A DNA stretch of 62,108 bases, filler included. It is 14 parts of 14 records of this genome, joined end to end, with 100 filler letters (N's around TTAATTAATTAA, not from the genome) between each part and the next. Parts side by side here need not be neighbours in the genome. Positions count along the whole stretch, not along the records: positions 1 to 3,901 come from SRR7504441_41142; positions 4,002 to 8,970 come from SRR7504441_41170; positions 9,071 to 14,798 come from SRR7504441_41854; 11 more parts are not named here. One strand, 5' to 3'. The position numbers and the translations under genes are program-made. Shown here piece after piece: positions 1 to 11,569 of the stretch (position 1 is its first letter; every line of letters starts with the position of its first letter). Under the pieces are notes generated by a model. It worked only from the letters and a program-made list of their open reading frames with translations. It did no database searches and had not been told where the DNA came from.

Positions 1-155
1 ATTAATATTTGGCGGCACGTGGTTGCCAGCTCGCGCAAAGTTCTACGTACTCTGGCATACCTGGCAGGTACCAGACAGGGATTAGTTTTGGGATTAGCTT
101 GGATCAGGGATTCTTGCAATCGTCTACGTATTAAGACATTTGAAAGGTGGCTCTT

Positions 156-2764
156 TCAGTTCAGAGCCTCGGCAGCAGCCTCTCCTACGGCCTCTTCGGC
201 GGCCCCCTCTTCGGCGGCCCCCTCTTCAGCAGCTGGCTCCGCATCCTCTGGAGTAGACTGCTGCTTCGCCCCCTTAAAGAAGATGGTGAACAGCGTGATC
301 TTCTCGCTGTCGAATATTGGCGGGTTCTGGTTGTGCATGTATATAGTGCCCCAGATGAACGCGGTGAACCACTTATCCATGTTCTTATTCTGAACGTATC
401 TGCGGACCAGAATCTGGTGGGGCACTGGTAGCAGCCCGACCATAGTGCTCTCTTGGATGACCTCGAGCAAACTGACACACCCTCGGCCCGCATCCCTGCC
501 GCTATGCACACCTAGCTTCGCCTGTGCTCGGATCCTTCGAGCAGATTGCTTCCATCTTAGGGGCCAGCGCAGCCAGCAGCCTTTGCAGCGTCTCGAGGGG
601 CAGCTTCTTCTTCCAACTCTGCTCAATCGTATCAAAGCAAGCTGAGCAATGGGAGGCGCCTGAAGCCACTGGTCCGTGGCTGCAAATTCAATAGTCCCCG
701 GCTCCTTCTCGCCGCCAGCTGGTGCCTCCGCCTGAGACCGCGCTGATGCATCGTGAGCACACAGTCACACCTCGGCAGGCGCAGCTACTGCCTCAGCCTC
801 GGCCTCAGCGGCCGCCTGAGCTTCTCTCAGCCGGCCGTTGATAAACTCCTCCTTGCTCAATACCCCGTCACCGTTGGCGTCCATAGTCTCAAACTCCTGC
901 TCGGCTTTCTTGGTCACTGCCCAGGCTCAGCCGTGTAGAGCCTCGCTCGCACCATCGGCCACTAGCGCATCGTGAGAGACCACAAGCGCATTGGACGCTG
1001 TCGACACAACACGGAGAGAACTCTGGATCCCAAGCCCAGTCAGGCGACACGTTGGGCGGGAGCCCACCAGTTGCTCGAAAGTGGCCTTGCGTCTAATGAT
1101 GGCATAGATGAGCTGCGGGTTGCCTGCACCTCTGTGTCACGCCGATTTTGAGCACGAGCTGCACCTGAGTACTGGTACTGGATCACATTGTTGAATATCT
1201 CGATTAGCATTAGCACGAAATGGTGCGCCCGCTCTCGAGTCAGCAGCAGCTTGGGGGTCGAAAAGATCTCAAAGAGTCCGAGCAGCTTGACCGCTGCGAC
1301 AGAAGAGAGAGAGCCTATGTACGGAGACACGTTGCACAGCACAGTGAGCAATGTGTCGATCATTGTATCGCCCCGCTCCACGCCGTCGACTATCAGTTTG
1401 TGCACCGCTAGCACAATCAGGTCGGCATAGGTGCCCGACACCTGGCCTTGGCTCAGCGGCTCAGCAGGCTCGCACCCACCGAAGGTAGATCTGTTGGAAG
1501 GGTCACCACAAGATCCGAATTGAGCAGCACGCCAAACTCTCTCTCGCCGGACATCCTAAGCAGGATAAATGTGCACACGTTGAGCAGGCCCATCTTAGAC
1601 GGCTCCCGCCGGGCGTCCACCATGAGGTAAACAATCGGGAGCACCAGATCTCTGAACCGTCGCTCCGAGAGCACGTACGCGACAAAGCTCGGGTTGAGGT
1701 CGATCACGTCCCAGAGCAGGATGAGCAGCTCCTGGTGGCAGTGAATCTGCTTCATCCCGCCGGACAGGTATGTGTTGCTTGCTTGCAACGGGTTAAGCAG
1801 CAACCTCACAAACCCATCAAACAGCCGACCAAGCGACTCCGGCTTGCCCATAGAGCCGATCAACCGCACCACCTCATTTGACGAGGCCGCCGTGGCGGCT
1901 GGCTCCCCTGGCGTCCGGAACCTGCAGCCAGCCATGAGACGAGCCAGCAGTCTGGCCGAACCGCTGGTTGAGCATCACTAGCATCAAGTGGAGCGCCGTG
2001 TCGACCATCGGCTCCTGGTAGTCGGCAAACATTTTGCCGCTGTACGGTACCCCCCAGCCCACGGGATCGTACGCGAATATCACGTTGATCATCGAGAAGC
2101 ATAGTGTGGGTGCCAGGGTGTTGCTCGCGTCTACTATGGCTAGCATGAACCGATCCTGCGAGGTTGTCACCGCCTCAAGCGGCGCGTAGATCGCGCTGGA
2201 CGAGCAGGCTAGCATGCACCGGAGCACATCGTGCCGCGCCATCGCCATCGTCGAGCTCGGCGCCCGGGCCGACATCCAGAGTAGGTGCCGTTCGATTCCC
2301 GACTCGGTGGTACTCGCTGGCTCATCGGCGGCGTAGATGGTGCCGTCAGTTACAAACAGCAGCCTGACCAGCGTGTGGGCCATTCGGACGCCCAGCTGCT
2401 CTGACGGCTCCCCGGACCACAGACAGCTCTCCAGCAGTCCATCGCTGTCGTGTTCGAGCATTATGGGCATCACCCGGGTGAGCATCGAGCAGGCACGCAG
2501 CGCGGTCACGAATGGCTGGGCCCCGTCGGCCGCGTTCTGCATCGCCGAGACCGCCTCCCGGAGCATCTGCTTCATGTTGCCCGGCTTGTGCTCCCGTATC
2601 AGCCGAATGTCCGACGGCGAGAGGTCCTGGAACACGTCCCATATGGTGAGTGCGTGCGCGCCCCACAGCTCAGCCCAGAAATCAGGCGACGGGTCGGGCA
2701 GGTCGTCCTCCTTGAGCTGCAGCACCGCCTGGCAGAAGTGCAGCTTGCTATCGCTGCTACCCAT
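156..2764 (-). CDS. HID1: HID1 family protein (Golgi/TGN, dense-core vesicle biogenesis), 8 introns
   Basis: N-terminus MGSSDSKLHF (myristoylation motif as in HID1 MGSTDSKLNF). Conserved blocks YDPVGWGVPY, FILLRMSGEREFGV, QYQYSGNPQLIYAII, SWKKKLPLETL, GLLPVPHQILVRRY. Introns include 1922-1961, 1442-1479, 917-952, 732-770, 619-659 (GC-AG) and 472-511. Confidence 0.92.
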
Positions 2765-3330
2765 CGCCTGCCGCACCGACGCGCAGCGCTGTGTCGATCG
2801 ATTACAGACTGCAGGCTACGCATAGAGTCTACTTGAAAATACCCTTTTAAAAGCGAGATGCATGCGGAGCACCTGCGGGCGGCGCGGGCAGAGCTCGGCC
2901 CGGGAGCGGGCTTGCCGCTCCACACGGTCTCACCTTTGCCGGTGTGCGCGGCCTGTGCCGCGTGCCGGGCCAGCAACCCACTGGCTCGTGATGAGGAGCG
3001 CGGTGTCGACCATATGCTGGACATGTGTACTTCCAAATATCCTCCAACCAACCGCTTCTAAGTCGCGGCGACGGTGCTGATTTGCGCAAGATGAAGCTGC
3101 ACCGGCCTGGATTCTCCATGTACGGCAAGACTACAACATCTCTTATGAAGAATAGGTCTAAATAAGTTATAGAACCAAACGTATGCGACCATCGATCGAT
3201 ATATATATAAACCAATTGAATATCCATGGACACTGTCAGTGGACACTGTAACCACTTTGTACGATTGTGTTACAATATCTTGTTGGTAGCTTACATACTA
3301 TTAGTGTACTCATCAGTTTCATTGTTTTCA

Positions 3331-3506
3331 ACTAAAATCTACTCTCACTAAATCTAATCTAAACTAAAATCTACTCTCACTATACTCTCACTAAAATCTC
3401 CGTGTCGCAATGTTGCATTCTGACACGGGGAATCTACTCTCACTAAATCTACTCTCACTAAAATCTACTCTCATCAGAGACTCTGAACTAAAGTCTACTC
3501 AACTAA
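3331..3506. repeat. Degenerate minisatellite, ~15-nt unit AAATCTACTCTCACT
   Basis: About 6-7 full or partial copies at ~3334, 3367, 3382, 3431, 3445, 3460 and 3491. Confidence 0.8.
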
Positions 3507-3838
3507 ATGATCGATCTATTGATTGATTTGATTCTCTTTTCCATGAAGCTGAACCATTGTGCCCGCTGGCTCTTGTACTTGTTGCAGCCTGGGATCACCG
3601 AGCCGTTGATCTTGTGCTTGTCGTAGAGGTCCAGCGGGTCCAACAAGTCCAGGTCGGCCTTGCACTCGTCCTTGTTCATCATGTCAGCGCGCTTCCCGGC
3701 CTCAACGGGAGGGCCGACCTCCTCCTCTTGTTCACCGAGGTCGATGCGGGGCTGGTCCTCCTCGGGCACCGGCCGGTTGCGGGTCTGGGTAGGCATGTTG
3801 GCGAAGCTGTATTGTCGCTCGCCACCTCCCGAATACAC
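3503..3838 (-). CDS. Hypothetical protein
   Basis: GC-rich ORF with coding-like composition inside AT-rich flanks; no family recognised. Confidence 0.45.
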   Translation of the reverse strand: MYSGGGERQYSFANMPTQTRNRPVPEEDQPRIDLGEQEEEVGPPVEAGKRADMMNKDECKADLDLLDPLDLYDKHKINGSVIPGCNKYKSQRAQWFSFMEKRIKSINRSII

Positions 3839-3901
3839 ATTGCGAGGTTAAGAGAATGAACCGAGATTTCCTGTACGAATACATGTATTTGTGTATTGTA
3901 T

Positions 3902-4001
3902 NNNNNNNNNNNNNNNNNNNNNNNNNNNNNNNNNNNNNNNNNNNNTTAATTAATTAANNNNNNNNNNNNNNNNNNNNNNNNNNNNNNNNNNNNNNNNNNN
4001 N
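3902..4001. other. Artificial contig-join spacer (N44-TTAATTAATTAA-N44)
   Basis: The identical 100-nt spacer with stops in all six frames also occurs at 8971-9070, 14799-14898, 18250-18349, 24281-24380, 29635-29734, 34304-34403, 37497-37596, 41568-41667, 44835-44934, 49442-49541, 52784-52883 and 58950-59049. Confidence 0.98.
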
Positions 4002-4204
4002 CGTCCAGCAGCCCGCCGCTCTCAGCCTGCAGCTGCCCGGCCAGCACGCCAACCCGACGCTGCGCGCCCATATGCGCGGTAGTGCAGTGTTGAAATGCCT
4101 CCCAATAAAATAAACCGCAAGATAATACTAGGAGTTACAGTACGATCGAGCCACAATCGTACTGTCGTGAGCAGCTGCAGCGAGCGGCGAAGAGGCGTGC
4201 TGTA

Positions 4205-5243
4205 ATGGCTCGAAGGGGTCTGAGCCGCGGGCCGGACGGACGGATCACGGTGCACAGCCACGCGGTGTTGGATGGGGGTCTGGCCACCGAGCTGGTCACA
4301 CGCGGGGTGGATCTCGACTCGGACCCTCTCTGGTCGGCAGGCTGCCTGCAGGACTGCCCCCAGAGCATCAAGCAAGCCCACCGGTGTTTCTACGACGCCG
4401 GGGCCGACGTGGCCATCACCGCTTCGTACCAGGCCTCCTTCGAGGGGTTTGCCACCCGAGGACTCGACCGCGAGGCCGCTGGAAGGCTGATGCGGCTCTC
4501 TGTACAGCTCGCGATCGAGGCGCGCGACGAGTTTGCCGAGGCCAATCCGGACCGGCGGGCCCCGCTGGTGGCGGTGGGCTGGGCGGGCGGGCTGGGGTGA
4601 TACTGGCTGGCAGGCGAGCGTGGGGCCGTACGGTGCGATCTTGCACGACGGGTCGGAGTACCACGGGCAGTACGGGCTGAGCCAGGAGCAGCTGGAGGCG
4701 TTCCACCAGCCGCGGATGGAGCTGCTCGCCGACAGCGGAGCGGACCTGCTGGCGATCGAGACGATTCCATCGCTGGTGGAGGTGAAGGCCATGCTCAGCT
4801 GCCTGGAGCGTCTCAACAAGTCAGGGCGGGCAATGAGTGCGTGGGTGTCGGTCGCGTGCAACGGACCGGCCGAGCTCAACAGCGGCGACTCGATACGGGA
4901 GGTGGCCCAGCTGTGCGACCAAGCGGCGGATGTGTTCGCGTTTGGAGTCAATTGCACCCCGCCGCAGCACTGCAAGTCGCTGCTCGAAGCTGCGGGTGAG
5001 CAGACCTGCAAGCCACTGCTTTTGTACCCAAACAGCGGCGAGGAATGGGACGGCGAGGCACGAGGCTGGAAACAGGCCGCCGTGGGCGAGATTAAACTGA
5101 CCGGCGAGCTCAAGTCGGACTCGCTGGCCGGGCTGGTGGCCGAGTGGAGAGCCGCTGGAGCCAAGCTGATCGGAGGCTGCTGTCGGGTGTCGCCGGCTGT
5201 GATTGAGCGGATTGCCGGTCTGATGAGCGAGGACCTCAATTAG
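4205..5243 (+). CDS. Homocysteine S-methyltransferase (MmuM/HMT family), 1 intron
   Basis: Motifs VLDGGLATEL, LWSA, ASVGPYGA, GSEY, ETIP, GVNC, YPNSGE, IGGCC. GT-AG intron 4574-4613 joins two ORFs. Confidence 0.93.
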
Positions 5244-5357
5244 AGAGGCACTGGCTAACCTTAATCGAGAGGCATTAGCGCCGGCAATCGTACGTACATA
5301 CGCAGTACCGGTACGAGTACTGTACAATGAATTGATCGATTGATTATCAAAGCTTAG

Positions 5358-6338
5358 TTAGAGGTTGCTAAGGTGTTTGAATCTGTCATCTTCCAGCCAG
5401 GGCTTGGGATACTTGCGGCAGACCAACATCCCTCGTTGCACCGCACCCCTGCGCATCAATTCCTCGGCCCATCGAACACAGTTGCTATATTGCATAGTGT
5501 TGAGGAATTGCTTGGCTGCCACACCGTTCGCGTGCGTATACCCGTTGGTCATGATCAAATAGAACCAGGGCATGCAGATCATGTCCGCAATCGTATACTC
5601 GTCTCCGCATATATACCGCTTCCCCTCTAGGTGTTTGTCCAGCGTGTCACACAGTCGCTGCACCTCCTGCCCGTACCGACACAGCCCGTAGCTCCGAGCC
5701 TCAGCCTGCTCCGCTGGCGCATATACCATAAAATGACCGAAGTTGCCGGTGATCGGGCCTTGCCCGGCCATCTGCCACATCACCCAGTTGAGACACTCCG
5801 CCCGCACCCGCGGCTCGCTCGGCAGAAATCTGCCGCCCGGCTCGCACCGGCCATCTAGCGAGCCGCACCGGCCATGCTTGTCAGCCAGGTAGATCATGAT
5901 GCTGGCCGACTCAAACAGCCGTATGGGCGCCCCACCATCCACCGGACTGTGATCGACTGCGGCCGGTATCTTGCTGTTCGGATTAGCCCCGACGAACCCG
6001 CCGGAGAACTGGTCACCTTGCCAGATCCGGCAGACGTGCGCGTCGTACTCGAATCCGGGCACCGCCGCAGCCAGCTCCTCGAGCAGTATCCCGAGCTTTT
6101 GGCCGTTGGGAGTGGCCAGCGAGTAGAGCTGCAGCGGACTGGGGCCGGTCGGGAGAGGCTTGGAGTCCCGGGCGCCAGAGCGGGGCGAGTTGAGCCCAGC
6201 CACTCTGCCGTTGAGGTTGGTCTGCCTGGCCAGCAGCTGCTCGATCGTTTCGGGCGGCTCGAACTCCATGCGAAGCCGTACAGTACTCTCTGGAGTGGGC
6301 CGATAATCACCGAAATAATAACGGCTCCCGGCCCCCAT
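5358..6338 (-). CDS. Glutathione S-transferase, YghU/Ure2p (Nu-class) type
   Basis: Motifs QLYSLATPNGQK, NPNSKIPA, FESASI, WQMAG, GNFGHF, YTIADM. A 39-nt in-frame GT-AG intron lies near 5830-5868. Confidence 0.9.
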   Translation of the reverse strand: MGAGSRYYFGDYRPTPESTVRLRMEFEPPETIEQLLARQTNLNGRVAGLNSPRSGARDSKPLPTGPSPLQLYSLATPNGQKLGILLEELAAAVPGFEYDAHVCRIWQGDQFSGGFVGANPNSKIPAAVDHSPVDGGAPIRLFESASIMIYLADKHGRCGSLDGRCEPGGRFLPSEPRVRAECLNWVMWQMAGQGPITGNFGHFMVYAPAEQAEARSYGLCRYGQEVQRLCDTLDKHLEGKRYICGDEYTIADMICMPWFYLIMTNGYTHANGVAAKQFLNTMQYSNCVRWAEELMRRGAVQRGMLVCRKYPKPWLEDDRFKHLSNL

Positions 6339-6670
6339 CGCTAAAACATCGCTACGTATACTTGTACCCGTGCTACGCACCACGCACGCTACTAAGCGCT
6401 ACCATAAAGAATTGTCGATCGTACTTATTGTAATGCAGATGATTGTATATAAGTAACACTAGTAACGCATGTACTTCCGCATACGAGTACGTACACATGC
6501 TTGGAACCGATGATCATTCCACTGGTAATTTAGAACCTGTAACAATGATACACACAGCGAACCCACCGCACTGCGCTTTCACGCTACTTTCAGCACATTG
6601 CTGCTGCGTGCCGGCACCTCAGAATAGCCTCGGGAACACACTTAACTACCAACCACCGTATTGATACTGC

Positions 6671-7890
6671 CTACTGCTTCGGCTTTGCTGACGTGGCCTG
6701 CTCGACGAAGGGTAACGATTGTACCTGCGCCATACTGATCAGCGCAGCCCTAGGCTGGTGCTTACTTCTGTCGGTACTGGTCGCACGCTGTGGCGCGATA
6801 CTCCTGGGCGGCCTGCCAGCCTCTCAGCACAGCCCAAGCTCTTCAGGGCCACTTGTATGCTCTCTGGATCACCGAGCTCCTCAGCCGTGCCCTCCAGGTG
6901 CGCCTTGTGCTGCCGCTCGTACTCGCACTCCTTGGCCAGATGAACCTGGGCCAGGTGACGGCCCTGCCGCCCTCAGGCCACACCTCAAACTTGCGCTCCA
7001 CTTTCGCGTCCAAGCTGTGCTTCTGGCTCGGCGAGTTCATCATCTGATAGAAATAGTCAGACGTGACATAGTATGATACCTGGACCCCGGCATCAGCCCC
7101 ACCCCCGCCAGGCGCACCCCGGAGGCGGTCTCAAGCTCGCGTCGGAACTCGCTGTTGCGGCCAAAGCTGAATACCCGCTCCTCGTATCCAGAATCGTTGG
7201 TGGAGAAGAGCGAGCCTCCTATGCTAAACAAAAGGAGCAAGACTAACGGCAGGATCTGGAGCAGCCCAGCCGCCAGCGGCTGCTGCGGTTGGTTCGCTTG
7301 CTGCTGACCCCGGCGAGCGCGGCCCTGCATCGTCAGAAGCTCAGTCGCGTACAAGCCAGGCGGCTCACTCCGCCGCCAAAGAAAGCGCGGAACACATCAT
7401 CCATGTCTGCTGCCTGCGCATGGTGCCGCCGAGCCGTAGGGGAGGGCTGGTTGTCGTCGGGCGACTTGCCCCAGCTGCGGCCGGCTTGCGGGCCGCGCCC
7501 CAGGCCGCCCACCGATCGAAGAAAGCTCGCTTCTCCGGGTCCGAAAGTACCCCGTACGCTGCCTGGACACCGCTGAGCCAGAATATGGTAGGCCGAGCGC
7601 GCCTGGATGTCCTTAAACTTGCGGGCGGCGGCCTCCGGATTCTCTGGGTTCTTGTCAGGGTGGTACCGCAGCGCCAACTGGCATGGACTCAGCCTCGCCT
7701 TGCACCGCGTCTCACCTTGTGGTAAGCCTTTTTTACGTCAGCAGGCGAGGCGTCGGTCGCCACACCAATCACCTTCAGTGCACACCAGCTCAGCACGCGC
7801 GATGAGCTGGCGCTGCAGCCCGCGCCCACAGAGGCTCTTTATCGGCGGCTGATTAAGGGCCGGCACCGAGTATGGATTGCGGGCGGGCAT
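6671..7890 (-). CDS. DNAJB12/DNAJB14-like ER membrane J protein (J domain, TM helix, DUF1977), ~9 introns
   Basis: Spliced J domain NPYS|VIGV..KKAYHK|LALRYHPDKN, a TM helix QILPLVLLLLFS, and a C-terminal C..E...AC pattern of DUF1977. Confidence 0.85.
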
Positions 7891-8504
7891 CGTCTCACTG
7901 CCACATCCGCACTCCTGGCCCCGCCGCACTGGATGCACCGCCGCCCAGGATGCACCTTGCGCTCGCGCCGAAGTGACGCAAACTGGAAGTCTTCGCAAGG
8001 TTGAAGACCCTGGCCTGATCATCATGGGCGGCGAGAGTAGATCTGTGCGCATGCGTGACCAAGTACTATCAATGCGTACTATATGCGTACTGCGAGAGAC
8101 TCGGCCGGCCGGGTAAGTCTATAGTACTACATTGTGTCCTCGAGAAAGCTTTCTTACTTGTACGAGTAGTATTACATAGTATCGCGTAGTATTTACAAGT
8201 AATATGGTCCAGCCGTACCTGGTACGTACTTGGATTGGTTCTAGATCTCCTAAAATAAAGCACATGCAAAGTTAACTTGATACTCGTACAGCATCAAACT
8301 TGATACAACAAAGCACATGCAAGCTGTAATTGTGCACCGTATAGCATCAATCATTGTCGATATCATACTCTCGTGTGCAATGTGTCGTCGTGCTTGCTCG
8401 TGGTATATGTACACCTGATCGCAATGTGTCGTCTATATGTACACCTGATCGAACCCGGACGAAGAAGTGCCGTTCGCATCATTTTCGGGCCAGCGAGGGC
8501 CTTT

Positions 8505-8970
8505 CTAAATGTCCACATCAAATTCGTCGTCAGTAGGTATGACGTCGACATTGGGGCTTGTTTGCTGATCCTCAGCCACCTCTACGGCGGTGTTACCGTC
8601 CATTTTCAGTCCTTCCTCGAGATCCTGCAGGCCCGTGTCTAGCTCTCCCGGCTCAGTGCCCATGGTGGGGGGCGATTCTACATCTGGAGCCAATACTGGA
8701 GCCAGTACTGGAGCCAGTACTGGAGCTATACCCGCTTGGAGCGAGGTTTGGCACCCTGGCGGGCCGTACTTTCTGTGCAACTTTCCCCAGAGCCGCTGTT
8801 GATCGTGTTGATACCGCTCGGCCGTCTCCGCGACCTTTTCGGCCAGCTCCGGGAGCCGCTTAGACAGGTAGAACTGCCTGAGCTCTTCTGCAAACTCCGC
8901 GAGGCCCAACTGGCTGCCACCGGAGCCTACATGCATCGGGTTGACAACCGGAGTGATCGTGTTCATAGTA
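8505..8970 (-). CDS. Hypothetical protein (possibly 5'-partial) with an FY..P....V....Y......L...L..KYG motif and PVLA tandem repeat
   Basis: ORF runs to the contig edge. A 12-nt repeat (actggagccagt) lies at ~8685-8725, followed by an acidic C-terminus. Confidence 0.55.
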
Positions 8971-9070
8971 NNNNNNNNNNNNNNNNNNNNNNNNNNNNNN
9001 NNNNNNNNNNNNNNTTAATTAATTAANNNNNNNNNNNNNNNNNNNNNNNNNNNNNNNNNNNNNNNNNNNN

Positions 9071-11316
9071 GTAGATCACAAAGTTCTGCATCCGAGTGAA
9101 AATCTTCCTAGAGATCACCATTGCCTTCACAATTGTCCCCAGACCGGGCTCAGTCAGCACAATGTCCGAAGCTGCCTGCGCCGCCTCTTTGGCTCCAGAC
9201 ACAGCGATCCCCACGTTGGCTTTCTTGAGTGCCGGGGCGTCGTTCACGCCATCGCCGCACATCCCAACAAGGTGCCCGAGTTGCTTGAAGGTCTGGACAA
9301 TCAAGTACTTGTGCTCTGGGAGGACCTTGGCGAACCCGTTCGACTCGCTGCACACCTCGCCGTACCGCTCGCCGAGGCTCTTGTCGTTCATAATGTCCTT
9401 AATATTCACCTCGGCCTTGAAATGCTCGATTCCAGCTAGGATGTTGCTACCCATTCCAAGCGTCTTGCACGTCTCCTTGGCAATCGGCAGATTGTCGCCT
9501 GTGATCATCTTGACTTCGACCCCGAATCTATTGGCCGACTTGATCACCTCCGCCGAGTCTGGCCGCACAGGATCCAGAAACGTGATGAGTCCGACAATGT
9601 ACCAGCCCTGGTACTCTCCGGCCTCGTCCAGGCTAACGTCGTCCGACTTGGCCACAGCTAGCACCCGGACACCGCGCTCCTCAAAAGACTCGACGGCCGC
9701 CACGTACTCCTGGCGCGCCTCGTCGCTGATCGAGGACATGTTGAGCAGCTCCATCGCGGCGCCTTTTGCCACTCGGAACTTCTTTCCATAGAGCAGCCCG
9801 TCACTCGAGTCTACTATCTGAGCCATCACCCGCCGCCGCTCCGAGTTGAAAGGATCAAAGTCCTCGGCGCCTTCAGGGGTTTTGCCGTACGAGAACCTGT
9901 CGAGCTCTTGACGCGACGCGGCGCTCGTGGAGGCCAGCAGCATTGTGTCAATCGGATCGAACGTGGCATTGTTTTGGGTATCAATCTCCTCATCGCCAGT
10001 GAGCTCCTGCCACTCACGCCAGCGGGTGGCCAGCAGCGCCAGCTCGAGCAGGTGCCGTCGGTTCCAGTTTTTGCCCTGCGCGAACATCCTGTGGAATCCC
10101 TGCTTGTGTCTGCTCGGGTGGTCAGGCTCCAGCAGTGCAAACGCAGCCGCCTGGTGAGGGTCATCCAAGTCCCACTCGGCCTTGAGCTGCATCTTGCCCT
10201 TGGTGAGCGTGCCCGTCTTATCCGAGCACAGCATCGTGATCCCGGCCAGCTCCTCTATCGATGAGATTCGGCTCACAATAGCACCATCCTTTGCCAGTTC
10301 TCCAGCCCCAAGCGAGAGGGTCACTGTGCACACCACCTTGAGCGCGATCGGGATCGACGCGATCAGCAGCACAACACAGAACCCGAGCGCGCTCCCAAAG
10401 CTTTCTTTGGGAGGCCCGGCGAGAACATAAATGAGCAGCGTGACGGTGACCGCGGTGCCAACTGTCACGAGAGCGATGAGCAAGTCTTGCAGCACGATCT
10501 CGAAGTTTGACTGGTCGGTGGCGCTCACCATCATCGACATGGAGCCCATCGCCGTCTGCAGCACACTCAGAGATCGGCCGGCCGGCCGCGCGCACATTGC
10601 TGCCGGTCTTGTAGACTACGCCCTCGGCCTCCCCGTCTTTGATCTCTGTACCCATCTGGGCAAGGTCGCCTGCCCGCCGGGTCAGCCACAGCCGGTGCCC
10701 GCCGCCCGCCTGGACCAATCTTGACCGGCTCAGATTCGCCGGTCATGGCAGAGGCGTCCACGCGGATCGGCTTCTGGTTTGGGAGCACGCGTATGTCCGC
10801 CGGGATGACGTCCCCGTGCTTGATGGCCACCACGTCGCCCGGGACCAGATCCACCGCCTTGACGTTGCTCTGGCAGCCGTCCCGCCGCACCAGGCAGGTC
10901 TTGGGCACTTGCTGCTGGAGGGCGTCCAGCTCCTTCTGTGCGCTCAGCTCCTCGAAGAACCCGACAAATACGTTGAGGAATTGGAGCAGCAGCAGCACGC
11001 ACGCGTCGATCAGGCTGGACCGGGCGTCCTCCCCCCACCAGTGGACCCCGGTCTCGACCACCTCAATCAGGATGGCGCCCCACACCACCACAGGCATCGG
11101 CTCCAAGAAGAGCTCCTTCATGAGCTTGAGGCATAGACTCTCCTTCTTCTCGTCCAGGCTGTTCGGCCCGAAGATCCCCAGCCGCCGCTCGGCCTCGCCG
11201 GTCGAGAGCCCCCGGGAGCGGTCGGTATCCATCCACCAGTCTTTCTCAGCGGCCTCATCCTGGTCCGCCCCCGGGTGCAGCAGGAGCGTCTCCTCCTCGG
11301 TGACCGTCGTGCTCAT
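9071..11316 (-). CDS. Plasma-membrane-type H+-ATPase (P3A P-type ATPase), 3'-partial
   Basis: Motifs GLSTGEAERRL, PGD, TGES, IPIAL, CSDKTGTLT, KGA, DPVRPD, MITGD, GDGVNDAPALK. Introns at 10670-10709 (GC-AG) and ~10557-10596. Confidence 0.92.
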
Positions 11317-11569
11317 CTCCTCCGAAGGCGACCCCGTCGTGCTGCGCCGGGGTGGTTCCAAGGTCCCTGCCGACCTCGGAACCTTGGGCACAACCCACCG
11401 CCGCCGCCCGAGAGCGCCAAGGCTTCACTGTGGCGAATATTGTTCACTTATCGACTGATGGACCGTTGCAGATTCCAACGGAAAAAAGGCCAGACCATGA
11501 GACCAGCCACCAGGCGGGCCGCTGTCATGCGCCTGGTAAAGGACTGGAGCAAGCGCAGCGGCTGAGCCG

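Noticed and set aside
4022-5239. Long antisense ORFs (e.g. 4022-5239, 31366-32688, 45880-47073)
   Set aside because: These are shadow ORFs on the opposite strand of real genes, expected in high-GC coding DNA, and show no recognisable domains.
5358-6338. Bacterial-type YghU GST as contamination or recent horizontal transfer
   Set aside because: It contains a host-type 39-nt intron and sits among eukaryotic genes. Ure2p/YghU-like GSTs are already known in eukaryotes.
7563-7602. Intron whose translation (SAYHILAQ) resembles the adjacent J-domain helix, suggesting intron birth by duplication
   Set aside because: Nucleotide similarity to the downstream exon is weak, so the resemblance is probably coincidental.
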